From positions 9,276 through 73,275 of the forward strand of contig JBLNDO010000024.1 of assembly GCA_050261675.1 (NCBI GenBank): a DNA stretch of 64,000 bases. The letters run 5' to 3'. Shown piece after piece: positions 16,270 to 25,494 of the stretch. The DNA is from Bacillota bacterium (GTDB lineage: Bacteria; Pseudomonadota; Gammaproteobacteria; Natronospirales; REEB76). The notes below the pieces were generated by a model, which worked only from the letters and a program-made list of their open reading frames with translations, ran no database searches and was not told where the DNA came from. The position numbers and the translations under genes are program-made. How positions within the stretch are numbered: the stretch's first letter is position 1; the number at the start of each line of letters is the position of its first letter.

Positions 16270-17787
16270 ATGTTCGATTCCGCCAATCTCGACCACACGG
16301 TCTCCAAGGAGGAATACCACCGGGAGGAGCCGAAGCTGCGCGCCGCGCTGCTCAAGACGCAGTACGACCTCTTGCGCGACGGCCGCTTCCCGGTGCTGAT
16401 CCTCATCGCCGGCGTGGAAGGCGCCGGCAAGGGCGAGATGGTGAACCTCCTGAACGCCTGGATGGACCCGCGCCACATCCAGACGCGAGCCTTCTTCGAC
16501 ACGAGCGACGAGGAGAACGAGCGGCCGCCGCACTGGCGCTGCTGGCGGGCGCTGCCGCCCAAGGGCCGGATCGGCATCTTCTTCGGCGCCTGGCACACCC
16601 AACCCATCATCCAGCGGGTGCAGGGGCTCATCGGCGAGAGCGAGCTCGCGCGGGAGACCGGCGACATCGTGCGGCTGGAGAAGATGCTCTGCGACGAGGG
16701 CGTGCTGCTCCTCAAGTACTGGTTCCACCTCTCCCGCGAACAGCAGAAGAAGCGCTTCAAGGCGCTGGAGAAGGACCCCGCCACGCGCTGGCGCGTGACC
16801 GACCTGGAGTGGCAGTACTACGACCTATACAAGAAGTTCGTGGGCGTGTGCGACCCCTTCCTGCGCCAGACCTCCACCGGCGAGGCGCCGTGGATCGTGG
16901 TGCCGGGTTACGACGCACACTACCGCGCGCTCACCGTGGGCCGGCACCTGCTCGCCGCCATGCGCGAACGCCTGGACCGCAAGCCCGAGGCGAAGCCCAC
17001 GCCGAAGAAGGCCACGCCGCTGCCCAAGCCCGCGGACAAGAACAACCTGCTCCGTGCCTTGAAACTCGACCAGGGACTCACCAAGCACGACTACCAGAAG
17101 CAGCTGGAGAAGTGGCAGGGCCGGCTCAACCTAGCCTCCCGCGACCCGCGCTTCAAGGACATCTCGGTGGTGACGGTGTTCGAGGGGAACGACGCCGCCG
17201 GCAAGGGCGGTGCCCTCCGCCGCGTGACGGGCGCCCTCGACGCGCGCTGCTACACCAACGTGCCGGTGGCGGCGCCCACGGAGGAGGAACGCGCGCAGCC
17301 CTATATGTGGCGCTTCTGGCGCCACATCCCGCGGCGCGGGCGCTTCGTGTTCTTCGACCGCTCCTGGTACGGCCGGGTGCTGGTGGAGCGGGTGGAGGGC
17401 TTCTGCTCCGAGGCCGATTGGATGCGCGCCTACACGGAGATCAACGACTTCGAACAGGCGCTGACGCGTCACCGCATCGTAGTGGTGAAGTTCTGGCTCG
17501 CCATCAGCGCCGAGGAACAGCTGCGGCGCTTCAAGGAGCGCGAGCAGATCGAATTCAAGAAGTTCAAGATCACCGAGGAGGACTGGCGCAACCGCTAGAA
17601 GTGGGGGCCCTACGAACTCGCGGTCAGCGACATGGTGTACCGCACCTCCACGCGCAACGCGCCTTGGACGCTGGTCGAGGCCAACAACAAGTATTACGCC
17701 CGCATCAAGGTGCTGCAGACCCTGGTGCGCGCCGTGGAAGACGCGCTCGAGAGCGTGGATTCGCCCAAGAAGAAGAGAAAGAGATGA
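16270..17787 (+). pseudogene. Two-domain polyphosphate kinase 2 (PPK2; polyphosphate:AMP phosphotransferase-like) interrupted by one in-frame TAG at 17596-17598
   Basis: Two PPK2 P-loop modules (IAGVEGAGKGE and FEGNDAAGKGG). After EEDWRNR-TAG the same frame continues as KWGPYELAVSDMVYRTSTRNAPWTLVEANNKYYARIKVLQTL, the conserved PPK2 C-terminus. It ends in a TGA overlapping the next gene's ATG (ATGA at 17784-17787). Confidence 0.8.
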
Positions 17788-18431
17788 ACTCCGCGAAATG
17801 GATTTCCACGCTGATTCTTTGGTTGATGTTTGTGGTCTCCCGCGCCGCCTGTGCGGCGGCGCCGGATTACACTTACATGGAATTCGGGATCGGGAAACAG
17901 AGCGGCGACAACCTGAAGGGACTCTACAGCGAGCAGGTCGCCATGAGTGCCGCCGCATCGGATCACTTCTTCCTGTACGGCAGGTTCGGCGGCCGCGACT
18001 ACGGCGGCTATCGCTACAGCAACCGGCGCGAACACGTTACGCAGTCCTACGCAGAAATGGCCGGCGGCGCCAACTTTGGCATTCAGGAAAATGCCGATGC
18101 GGTGCTGCGCGCCGGATTCCTGTACACCGATACCAGCGAAGGCGGCTTCCGGGGCGACAGCCGCACGGCGCTTTCCGTTGGAGCCGGCGTGCGCTGGCTG
18201 GTCACCTCCTCCTTCGAACTTTCGCTGTTCTACGACCGCAACGCGGGGGCATTCGACCCCAGCGGCTTGGCAAGCACCTTCGGCGACCTACGGGCGGGCG
18301 TCTGGCAGAACGTGATCTCCCCGGGGATACGCTGGCACATCACTGAGCACGCGACCGTCGGGATCACATCCGAGTACAGTGACTTCCAGGGCCAGAACCG
18401 GACGCTGCTGATCGCCGGTTACTATTTCTGA
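17784..18431 (+). CDS. Outer-membrane beta-barrel protein (small porin / OmpW-like class)
   Basis: Signal peptide MNSAKWISTLILWLMFVVSRAACA, an alternating beta-strand pattern and a C-terminal ...IAGYYF. Confidence 0.6.
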   Translation: MNSAKWISTLILWLMFVVSRAACAAAPDYTYMEFGIGKQSGDNLKGLYSEQVAMSAAASDHFFLYGRFGGRDYGGYRYSNRREHVTQSYAEMAGGANFGIQENADAVLRAGFLYTDTSEGGFRGDSRTALSVGAGVRWLVTSSFELSLFYDRNAGAFDPSGLASTFGDLRAGVWQNVISPGIRWHITEHATVGITSEYSDFQGQNRTLLIAGYYF

Positions 18432-18438
18432 GCCCGGC

Positions 18439-18969
18439 TCATTTGCCCGCGGACTTGATCTCCGTGCCCTGGCTCATGACCGTCCAGTTCGTCCCGTCCT
18501 GGGAATAGCCCACGCTGTAGCTCACTTCCGTGTCCGAATGGTACTGCCGCGCGATGCGCAGGTGCAGCAGGTTGCCGTTGCGGTCGGTCACCTGCTGCAG
18601 GAAATTCCAGCTGTTGTCCCTGACGGTGAGGGTCAGGGGCGGCTGGGGACGCCCGCCGATGTCCATGTCCACGTGGAAGACCTTGGCGGCCGCATCCCAG
18701 GTGAAACGTTGCTCGCCTTGCAGCGCGCCCTCCGCCATGAGCTTGCAATCCAGCATTGCGCCCGTGAGCGCGCAGTCACGGGTGATCTCGTATTGCTTTG
18801 TGCCCGCGCGGCTGACGCCGGTATCGAAATCGGTCTCGTCCACCTTCCAGGTGCCCGCGTAGCGGGCCTGGATGAGCGCGAGGCCAGTGGCTGTGGTGGG
18901 GGGCGCGGGCGGCTCACCCGCGTTCGCCGTGAATGCACCGAGAAGCCCGATGAACAGCGCTGCTCTCAT
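18439..18969 (-). CDS. Secreted small beta-rich protein (lipocalin-like / DUF1579-like class), unknown function
   Basis: Signal peptide MRAALFIGLLGAFTANA, then YAGTWK ... C ... C ... YSQDGTNWT. Same overall pattern as the protein at 24750-25262. Confidence 0.55.
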   Translation of the reverse strand: MRAALFIGLLGAFTANAGEPPAPPTTATGLALIQARYAGTWKVDETDFDTGVSRAGTKQYEITRDCALTGAMLDCKLMAEGALQGEQRFTWDAAAKVFHVDMDIGGRPQPPLTLTVRDNSWNFLQQVTDRNGNLLHLRIARQYHSDTEVSYSVGYSQDGTNWTVMSQGTEIKSAGK

Positions 18970-19242
18970 GATGAATCCCCTACCCCGTCCGAAACATGCC
19001 GGTTTCTGATAGTTCCAGCGGCGATAGTAGCCCATGATGCCGCCCCGGAGCGCGCCGTGAGCGCGCCGTGAGCGCATCTGGCCCAGACAGCGCGGATAAT
19101 CTGGCACTATCCGGTGCGGGTCGGCGGTGCAACCATAGCGCCCGTTCCGGGGGTTGCGCCCGCGAAATCAGGCGGGTTCTGACCTGATTCCGGGTTAGCG
19201 TGTGCCCGCCCTTCTGCGGGCAATGGGATGGAGAGAAACGAA

Positions 19243-20055
19243 ATGCGCGGACCGACGATATCGCTGGCCTTGTGTTGTGCGCTGCTGCTCGCGCCGGGCG
19301 TGCGGGCGGACGACGGCATGGGCGAGCAGACGCCGTCGCCCTCGCCGGCCGCGGCGCCGGCACTCATCGGCGGCAACGTCCAGTTCATGACCAACTACGT
19401 GGGCCGCGGCCTCGCCCAGAGCCTCGGCAATCCCTCGGTGGAAGGCGAGATCGACGTCAATACCGGCGACGGCTGGTACGGCGGCATCGACGGCAACAGC
19501 ATCAACTGGATAGACCGCCTCTACCCCGGCGACGACGTGGGCGTGGAAATCGACGGCTGGGCGGGTTACCGCATGCACTTCGGGGGAGGCGACTGGCGCT
19601 ACAAGCTGGGACTTCTGCGCCTGCAATTCCCGGGCAATTACGTGCCCCAGACGCCGCCCGTGGCCGAGCCCAACACCACCGAGGCCTTCGGGTATCTCAG
19701 TTGGAAGACCTACAGCCTGCAGGTGAATTACTCGGTGACGGAGTCCTTCGGCACCCCCGACACCAAGGGCTCGCTCTACATCGACTTGAGCGGCTCCCAG
19801 CCCCTGGCGCCGGGTTGGACGCTCGGGGAGCACCTCGGTCGCAACCAGAAGACCGGCCACGATCCGATGACGGGTTTGAGCCACAGCCGCAACGACTACA
19901 CCGACTACAAGGTGCACCTGGACTGGGCCATCGGCCAAGGCCTCACGCTCACTCTGGCCCACACCTGGACCAACGCGAACCCTTCGATCTACTCGCTCGG
20001 AAACTATTTCGTGGGCGGCCATCACACCTGGCTGTTGATAGAAAGAGATTTCTGA
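19243..20055 (+). CDS. TorF-family putative porin
   Basis: Signal peptide, GGNVQFMTNYVGRGLAQS...PSVEGEIDV and terminal ...LLIERDF resemble the proteobacterial TorF/Gcw_chp family. GGAGA Shine-Dalgarno before the ATG at 19243. Confidence 0.7.
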   Translation: MRGPTISLALCCALLLAPGVRADDGMGEQTPSPSPAAAPALIGGNVQFMTNYVGRGLAQSLGNPSVEGEIDVNTGDGWYGGIDGNSINWIDRLYPGDDVGVEIDGWAGYRMHFGGGDWRYKLGLLRLQFPGNYVPQTPPVAEPNTTEAFGYLSWKTYSLQVNYSVTESFGTPDTKGSLYIDLSGSQPLAPGWTLGEHLGRNQKTGHDPMTGLSHSRNDYTDYKVHLDWAIGQGLTLTLAHTWTNANPSIYSLGNYFVGGHHTWLLIERDF

Positions 20056-20062
20056 ACCGTTT

Positions 20063-21529
20063 TCACAAGCAGCTCACGAGCTTCTTCACGCCCTCGCGGA
20101 TCGCGCGCAGGTCCGCGCCGCCGTAACCCAGGATGAGCCCGCCGCGGGACGGCGCCTTGAGATGGCAGGACGAAAGGGGCCGTGCCGAGACGCCCTGGGC
20201 GGCCGCCTTGCGCGCCACCGCCACGTCGTCCACGCCCCGCGGCAACAGCACGGTGAGCTGCATGCCCGCTTCCGCGCCCACCACCTCGAGCCGCCCGCCC
20301 GCCTCCGCGTGGATCGCCTCCACCAGCGCACTGCGCCGTTCCTGGTAGAGCTTGCGCATGCGGCGGATGTGCCGCGCGAAGTGCCCTTCGCGGATGAAGT
20401 CCGCCATGGCCGCCTGGTACAGGCTGGAGGAGCAGGTGTCGGCCGCCTCGCGGGCGGCGATGAAGGCGGACACCAGGGGCTTGGGTACCACGAGGTACCC
20501 TAAGCGCATGGCGGGGAACATCACCTTGCTGAAGGTGCCCACGTAGATGACCCGGCCTTCCGCGTCCAACCCCTGCAGCGAGGCCAACGGCCGCCCGCCG
20601 AAGCGGTATTCGCTGTCGTAGTCGTCCTCGATGATCCACGCGCCCTGCCGCGACGCCCAGTTGAGGAGCTGCATGCGCCGCGCCGCGCTCAAGGTGGTGC
20701 CCAGGGGAAACTGATGGGAAGGTGTGATGTAGGCGGCACGCGCGCCGGGCCCGCGCTTGATGCCCGCCACCACGTCAAGCCCTTCCCCGTCCACCGGCAC
20801 CGGGATCATCCCCGCACCGGCCAGGGTGAACGCCAGGTGCGCACCCGGGTAACCGGGCTCCTCCATCCACACGCCGTCGCCCGGATCCAGCAGCACGTGG
20901 GCGGTGAGCTGCAGGCCCTGCTGCGAACCCGTGGTCACGAGCACCTGGCTCGCATCGCAGCGCACGGCGCGGAATGCACCGAGGTAGCCCGCGATCGCCT
21001 CCCGCAGCGGTGCGTGGCCTTCCGCTTCGCCGTAATACAGCATCTCGAGCGGCGGCTTGCGCGCGTGGCGCGCCACGAGCCTCGACCAGGCGGCCGAGGG
21101 AAAGCGATCCAGGGCTGGCAGGCCGACGCGGAACGTACCGAGGTTGGTAAGCCAGGAGTACTCCACCACGTGCGCCTTCGCGGCCCGGCGCGACACGCGC
21201 CGTGCGGTGCTCGCCGCCGCCCGCCCCGGCCGAGCGGCGAGGGACCGGCCGGCGTCCCCCGGAATGGCGCGCGCCACGCAGGTGCCGGCGCCGGTGAAGG
21301 TCTCGAGGTAGCCCTCGGCGAGCAGCTGCTCGTAGGCCGCCAGCACCGGAATGCGGGAGAGCTTTAGTTCCGCCGCGAGGCCGCGGGTCGAGGGCATGCG
21401 CTGCCCCGGCCGGAGCTGCCCTTCCAGGATGGCGCCCCGCACCCAGTCCGAGAGCTGCCGGTAGAGCGGCGTACGGCTGTGCCGCTCCAGCGCGACGGGC
21501 GGCATGAAACTCGCGGCGATGCGGGGCAT
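20063..21529 (-). CDS. MocR-subfamily GntR regulator (winged helix-turn-helix + PLP-dependent aminotransferase-like domain)
   Basis: PLYRQLSDWVRGAILEGQLRPGQRMPSTRGLAAELKLSRIPVLAAYEQLLAEGYL, followed by a ~350-aa fold-type I aminotransferase-like domain (TFSKVMFPAMRLGY). Confidence 0.9.
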   Translation of the reverse strand: MPRIAASFMPPVALERHSRTPLYRQLSDWVRGAILEGQLRPGQRMPSTRGLAAELKLSRIPVLAAYEQLLAEGYLETFTGAGTCVARAIPGDAGRSLAARPGRAAASTARRVSRRAAKAHVVEYSWLTNLGTFRVGLPALDRFPSAAWSRLVARHARKPPLEMLYYGEAEGHAPLREAIAGYLGAFRAVRCDASQVLVTTGSQQGLQLTAHVLLDPGDGVWMEEPGYPGAHLAFTLAGAGMIPVPVDGEGLDVVAGIKRGPGARAAYITPSHQFPLGTTLSAARRMQLLNWASRQGAWIIEDDYDSEYRFGGRPLASLQGLDAEGRVIYVGTFSKVMFPAMRLGYLVVPKPLVSAFIAAREAADTCSSSLYQAAMADFIREGHFARHIRRMRKLYQERRSALVEAIHAEAGGRLEVVGAEAGMQLTVLLPRGVDDVAVARKAAAQGVSARPLSSCHLKAPSRGGLILGYGGADLRAIREGVKKLVSCL

Positions 21530-21541
21530 GGAGGGCTCCTC

Positions 21542-21618
21542 AAGTGGTCATATGAAAGCATAGCAAAGTGGCTATTTTTATAGACCACCCGGCGGCGTAA
21601 GGTTCAGCCCTGTGAACC
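21542..21618. promoter_or_regulatory. Candidate operator region in the MocR-divergent spacer
   Basis: Direct repeats AAGTGG at 21542 and 21566 (24 bp apart). GACCAC at 21583-21588 is inverted relative to GTGGTC at 21545-21550. Palindrome GGTTCA-N6-TGAACC at 21601-21618. Confidence 0.3.
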
Positions 21619-21632
21619 TTGCGGAGATGCCC

Positions 21633-22202
21633 ATGGCCGGCCTGCGAAGATTCGCGTTCATCCTCGTCGGTGTGCTTGCCCTGCCCCCGCTGTCGGGGGC
21701 GGCCGCGGACGCGCCTCCCGCGGCCGCTCCGGCGCGCGACGGGCGGCACGATTTCGACTGGGACATCGGCACCTGGAAGACCCACCAGCGGCGGCGCCTG
21801 CACCCCCTCACCGGCTCCACCACCTGGGTGGAGTACCAGGGCACGGACGTGGTGCGGAAGATATGGGACGGCGCCAACACCGGCGCAATCGAGGCGGACG
21901 GGGCCGCCGGGCATCTGGAGATCTTCTCGGTGCGCCTCTACAACCCGGACGCCCGCCAGTGGGCGGTGTATTTCACCAACAGCGCGACCGGCGCCTTCAG
22001 CCAGCCCGTGACCGGCGAGTTCAAGGACGGCCGCGCCGACTTCTACGACCAGGAGCCCTACAACGGTCGGGCCATCCTGGTGCGTTTCAGCGTTTCGGAC
22101 ATCAAGCCCGATTCCTGCCATTTCGAACAGGCGTTCTCGGACGACGGCGGCAAGACATGGGAAGTGAACTTCATCGTCGACGAGACGCGCGTTAAAGACT
22201 GA
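21633..22202 (+). CDS. Secreted protein with one copy of a ~150-aa domain (FDWxxGxW ... EQAFSDDGGKTWEVN motif family)
   Basis: Signal peptide MAGLRRFAFILVGVLALPPLSGAAA, with GGAG before the ATG at 21633. The domain is clearly homologous to both halves of the next gene. Confidence 0.65.
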   Translation: MAGLRRFAFILVGVLALPPLSGAAADAPPAAAPARDGRHDFDWDIGTWKTHQRRRLHPLTGSTTWVEYQGTDVVRKIWDGANTGAIEADGAAGHLEIFSVRLYNPDARQWAVYFTNSATGAFSQPVTGEFKDGRADFYDQEPYNGRAILVRFSVSDIKPDSCHFEQAFSDDGGKTWEVNFIVDETRVKD

Positions 22203-22239
22203 TCCAACGATGCGCGGCCGCCCGCGCCGGAGAAACCCG

Positions 22240-23343
22240 ATGGCTGCTTACCCGAAGACCTGGCTCTTCTTCACCCTGTTCATGGCCTCCATGCCGCTTG
22301 AGGCCCCGGCCGACGCCCTGCCGCCCCCGGCGGTGGCGCCCGTGTTGCAGGACGGTTCCCACGACTTCGACTTCAACGTCGGCGGCTGGAAGAACCACAT
22401 CCGCCGACGGCTGCACCCCTTGAGCGGCTCGGACGAGTGGACCGAGATGAACGGCACGGTGGTGGTGAGCAAGATCTGGGGCGGAAAGGCCCAGGTGGAG
22501 GAGATCGAGGCGGACGGTCCGCTCGGCCATTTCGAGGGCATGACGCTCTTCACCTACAACCCGGAAGCCCGGCAGTGGTACATGAACTACGTCGGCAGCG
22601 GCGACGGCGAGGTGGGCGAGCCCGAGGCCGGCTCCTTCCACGACGGCCGCGGCGAGTTCTACAGCCATGAATTGTTCCACGGCCGCGCAATCCTGGTCCG
22701 TGTGGTGTGGTCGGACATCAAACCCGATTCCCACCGTTTCGAGCAGTCGTTCTCGGACGACGGCGGCAAGACCTGGGAGCCGAATTTCATCGCGGACCTG
22801 ACCCGGGACAGCAACGCAGCCGCCGAAGCCACCACGCCGCCGGTGAGCGACGAACCGCAGCAGCACGGTTTCGACTGGCAGTTCGGCTCCTGGGCGATCC
22901 ACATGTCGCGCCGCATGAACCCGCTCACGGGCTCCACCACCTGGACACCGCTGGACGGCAGCGTGGACGTGCGCAAACTCTGGGGCGGCAAGGCCAACCT
23001 CGCCGAGATCGAGACCCAGGGCCCCTCGGGCCACCTGCAGTTCCTGGCGCTGCGCCTCTACAACCCGGAGGCGAAGCAGTGGAACCTGCTCTTCGCCCAC
23101 AGCGACGACGGCGTGCTGAACAAACCCGCCCTCATCGGCGAGTTCCACGACGGCAAGGGCGTGTTCTACGACCAGGAAGACTTCAAGGGCCGCGCGATCC
23201 TGGTGCGCTTCACTTTCCAGAGCCTGACCGCGGACTCGAGCCGCGACGAGCAGGCCTTCTCCGCCGACGGCGGCAAGACCTGGGAAGTGAACTGGATCAA
23301 CGACCAGACGCGGGCGAAACCCGGACAGGCTTCGGGGGGCTGA
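22240..23343 (+). CDS. Secreted protein with two tandem copies of the same ~150-aa domain
   Basis: Repeat 1: HDFDFNVGGWKNHIRRRLHPLSGS...EQSFSDDGGKTWEPNF. Repeat 2: HGFDWQFGSWAIHMSRRMNPLTGS...EQAFSADGGKTWEVNW. GGAGA Shine-Dalgarno before the ATG at 22240. Confidence 0.65.
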   Translation: MAAYPKTWLFFTLFMASMPLEAPADALPPPAVAPVLQDGSHDFDFNVGGWKNHIRRRLHPLSGSDEWTEMNGTVVVSKIWGGKAQVEEIEADGPLGHFEGMTLFTYNPEARQWYMNYVGSGDGEVGEPEAGSFHDGRGEFYSHELFHGRAILVRVVWSDIKPDSHRFEQSFSDDGGKTWEPNFIADLTRDSNAAAEATTPPVSDEPQQHGFDWQFGSWAIHMSRRMNPLTGSTTWTPLDGSVDVRKLWGGKANLAEIETQGPSGHLQFLALRLYNPEAKQWNLLFAHSDDGVLNKPALIGEFHDGKGVFYDQEDFKGRAILVRFTFQSLTADSSRDEQAFSADGGKTWEVNWINDQTRAKPGQASGG

Positions 23344-23438
23344 GCCTCCACTCCCCGGGGCCTCCCGCCGCCCGCCTTGTGCGGGCGGCGGGAGACGGTT
23401 AGCGTGTACGCCACGATAACCATACGGGGAGAGCCTCC

Positions 23439-23846
23439 ATGACCGACATCGAAGCCCGCGGCGCCCGTTTCGCGCGCCTGTGGATCCTGATCGCGGTGGT
23501 ATACCTTGTGGCCGGGGTCTGCATCGGCATCTTCATGGCCGCCGCGCAGAAGCTGCAATACATCCCTGTGCACGCCCACGTGAACCTTCTCGGCTGGGTC
23601 ACCATGGGCCTCGCGGGGCTCATCTACGGCCGCTACCCGCAGGCAGGCGGCAGCCGCCTGGGGCAGGTGCATTTTTGGGGGCACAACATCGTGCTCCCCA
23701 TCCTGATCGCGGGGCTCATCTTCATGTTCTCCGGACATCCCGAGTTCGAGCCGGTCATGGTGGCGGGCTCGCTGCTCATGCTGGTGGTGCTGGTGGTGTT
23801 CGCGGTGAACCTCTACCTCAATCTTCCCAAGCCCCCCACGGCCTGA
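23439..23846 (+). CDS. Small four-helix membrane protein, unknown function
   Basis: Four hydrophobic segments and a conserved-looking HAHVNLLGW motif. No family recognised. Confidence 0.55.
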   Translation: MTDIEARGARFARLWILIAVVYLVAGVCIGIFMAAAQKLQYIPVHAHVNLLGWVTMGLAGLIYGRYPQAGGSRLGQVHFWGHNIVLPILIAGLIFMFSGHPEFEPVMVAGSLLMLVVLVVFAVNLYLNLPKPPTA

Positions 23847-23848
23847 GC

Positions 23849-24709
23849 TTGCCCAAGTCCCGACGTGCCCTGGCGCTCGCCGCCCTGGTGGCGGCGAGCG
23901 TCGCCTGGGGCGCCGTGTTCCTGTTCGCGGCGCTGGCGCTCAGGCAGCTCTCGCCGCTCGCGGTGGTGACCGCACGCTTCGTAATCGCCTCGCTGGTTCT
24001 CCTGCCCCTGCTCCTGTGGCGGCGCGAGTGGCCGGAGCGCCGCGACTGGCCCCTGGTGCTCGCGGCGAGCTTCATCGGCGTGCCGGTGGCGATGCTGCTC
24101 CTCTTCACCGGCATCGCCATGGCGGGCGCCACGGTGGCGGCGATCCTGCTCGGCGCCTTCCCGGTGTTCCTGTCTCTCGCCGCGGTGCGGTTCGAGGGGG
24201 AACGGCTCGGGTTCAAGGGTTGGGGCGCGACCTTCGCCTCGGTGCTCGGCGTGGCGCTCATCGTCGGCCGGCCGGGCGGGGGAGCGAGCTTCACCGGAAG
24301 CCTGCTGGTGCTGGCCTCTCTCTTGTGCTTCACCGCCTGGGTGGTATTCAGCCAGAGGCTGATGACGCGCTATTCGAGCTTCGCCGCCACGAGCTGGGTG
24401 ATCCTCCTCGGCACGCTCATGTTGCTGCCGGTGGCGTGGCTCCGCACAGCGGGTGAAGGGCTGCCGTCCCTGAATGGGACCACCTGGGCCTCGCTCCTGG
24501 CGCTCGGCGTGCTCTGCACCGCGCTCACCTACCAGCTCTGGAACTGGGGCCTGAAAGAGATGGGCGCCCACCGGAGCGGCGTGATCGGCAACCTGGAGCC
24601 GCTCACCGGCGCAGTGCTGGGGGTGCTGGTGCTGGGCGAGCCCACGGGACCCGCCCTGTGGCTGGGCGGCGCCTTGATTCTGGGCGCGGCGATATCAGTC
24701 AGCCTCTGA
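23849..24709 (+). CDS. EamA/DMT-family transporter
   Basis: Ten predicted helices with two EamA-like halves. A probable TTG start at 23849 lies directly after the upstream stop. Confidence 0.75.
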   Translation: MPKSRRALALAALVAASVAWGAVFLFAALALRQLSPLAVVTARFVIASLVLLPLLLWRREWPERRDWPLVLAASFIGVPVAMLLLFTGIAMAGATVAAILLGAFPVFLSLAAVRFEGERLGFKGWGATFASVLGVALIVGRPGGGASFTGSLLVLASLLCFTAWVVFSQRLMTRYSSFAATSWVILLGTLMLLPVAWLRTAGEGLPSLNGTTWASLLALGVLCTALTYQLWNWGLKEMGAHRSGVIGNLEPLTGAVLGVLVLGEPTGPALWLGGALILGAAISVSL

Positions 24710-24749
24710 GCAAATCGAAATTGCTCATTTAGAAACTAGAGATGACAGA

Positions 24750-25262
24750 TCAGTTTCTGATCCGGGTTTCGTGGCCCTGGGCCATGGGTGTCCAGGTCTG
24801 CTGGTCCTCGGAATACTCCTCGCGGTAATCCAGGTTGTCGTAGTTACTGTAGATGTTGACGGTGCGGAAGTAGGTCACCTGGCCGTACTTGTGGGACTGG
24901 CCCGGGAAGGTCCAGACGCCGCCGGACAGCACCAGCGTGCCGTTGCTGGCGTGGCCGCCCTCCGCCGGGATGTTGCTCACGGCGTAGGTATCGCCGCTCT
25001 GGTAGGTGAACACCACCAGCACCCGCGAGACCCCGTTCACCGACTGGTTGCAGATGAAGAACGCGCCCGTCTTCCAGCACTGATTGGTGACGGTGGAGGA
25101 GGTGTCGGCCTCCTCGCTGTAGGGCGTCTTGAAGTTCTGACCCACGCTTTTCCAGGTGCCGGCGAAGACCGCCAAGCGGTCCAGGGGCGAAGCCGGCGGC
25201 GTGTCGGCGGCCACGGCGAAGCCGGAGGCGACGAGCGCCGCGGCGAGCATCAAGATCTTCAT
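24750..25262 (-). CDS. Secreted small beta-rich protein (lipocalin-like / DUF1579-like class)
   Basis: Signal peptide MKILMLAAALVASGFAVA, then FAGTWK ... C ... C ... YSEDQQTWT. Same pattern as 18439-18969. Confidence 0.6.
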   Translation of the reverse strand: MKILMLAAALVASGFAVAADTPPASPLDRLAVFAGTWKSVGQNFKTPYSEEADTSSTVTNQCWKTGAFFICNQSVNGVSRVLVVFTYQSGDTYAVSNIPAEGGHASNGTLVLSGGVWTFPGQSHKYGQVTYFRTVNIYSNYDNLDYREEYSEDQQTWTPMAQGHETRIRN

Positions 25263-25494
25263 CTTTTCTCCCTATTCCAGAGTTCTTGGGTCCCCACCCG
25301 ATTATCGCCTTTATCCTGCCGGCTTGTTTTGACAGAATCCGTGACAGACGTCTCAGCTTCGTCGGCTGCAAGAATCACATTGGCGGGCGCCGGGAATAAG
25401 GCTGGATTGATCCAGGTCAAGCATGAAGCCTCGGGGGAACCTTAAGATTTCACCGACTCCAAACTCACTCCACGCGGCAAAACAAAGGGACTTC

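Noticed and set aside
15562-16728. Upstream ~390 codons of the 525-aa minus-strand ORF 15151-16728
   Set aside because: Only the last 136 codons (from MKAKWIF with a lipobox) look like a real protein. The remainder overlaps the DUF4337 gene in another frame, is antisense to PPK2, and is Pro/Arg/Ala-rich.
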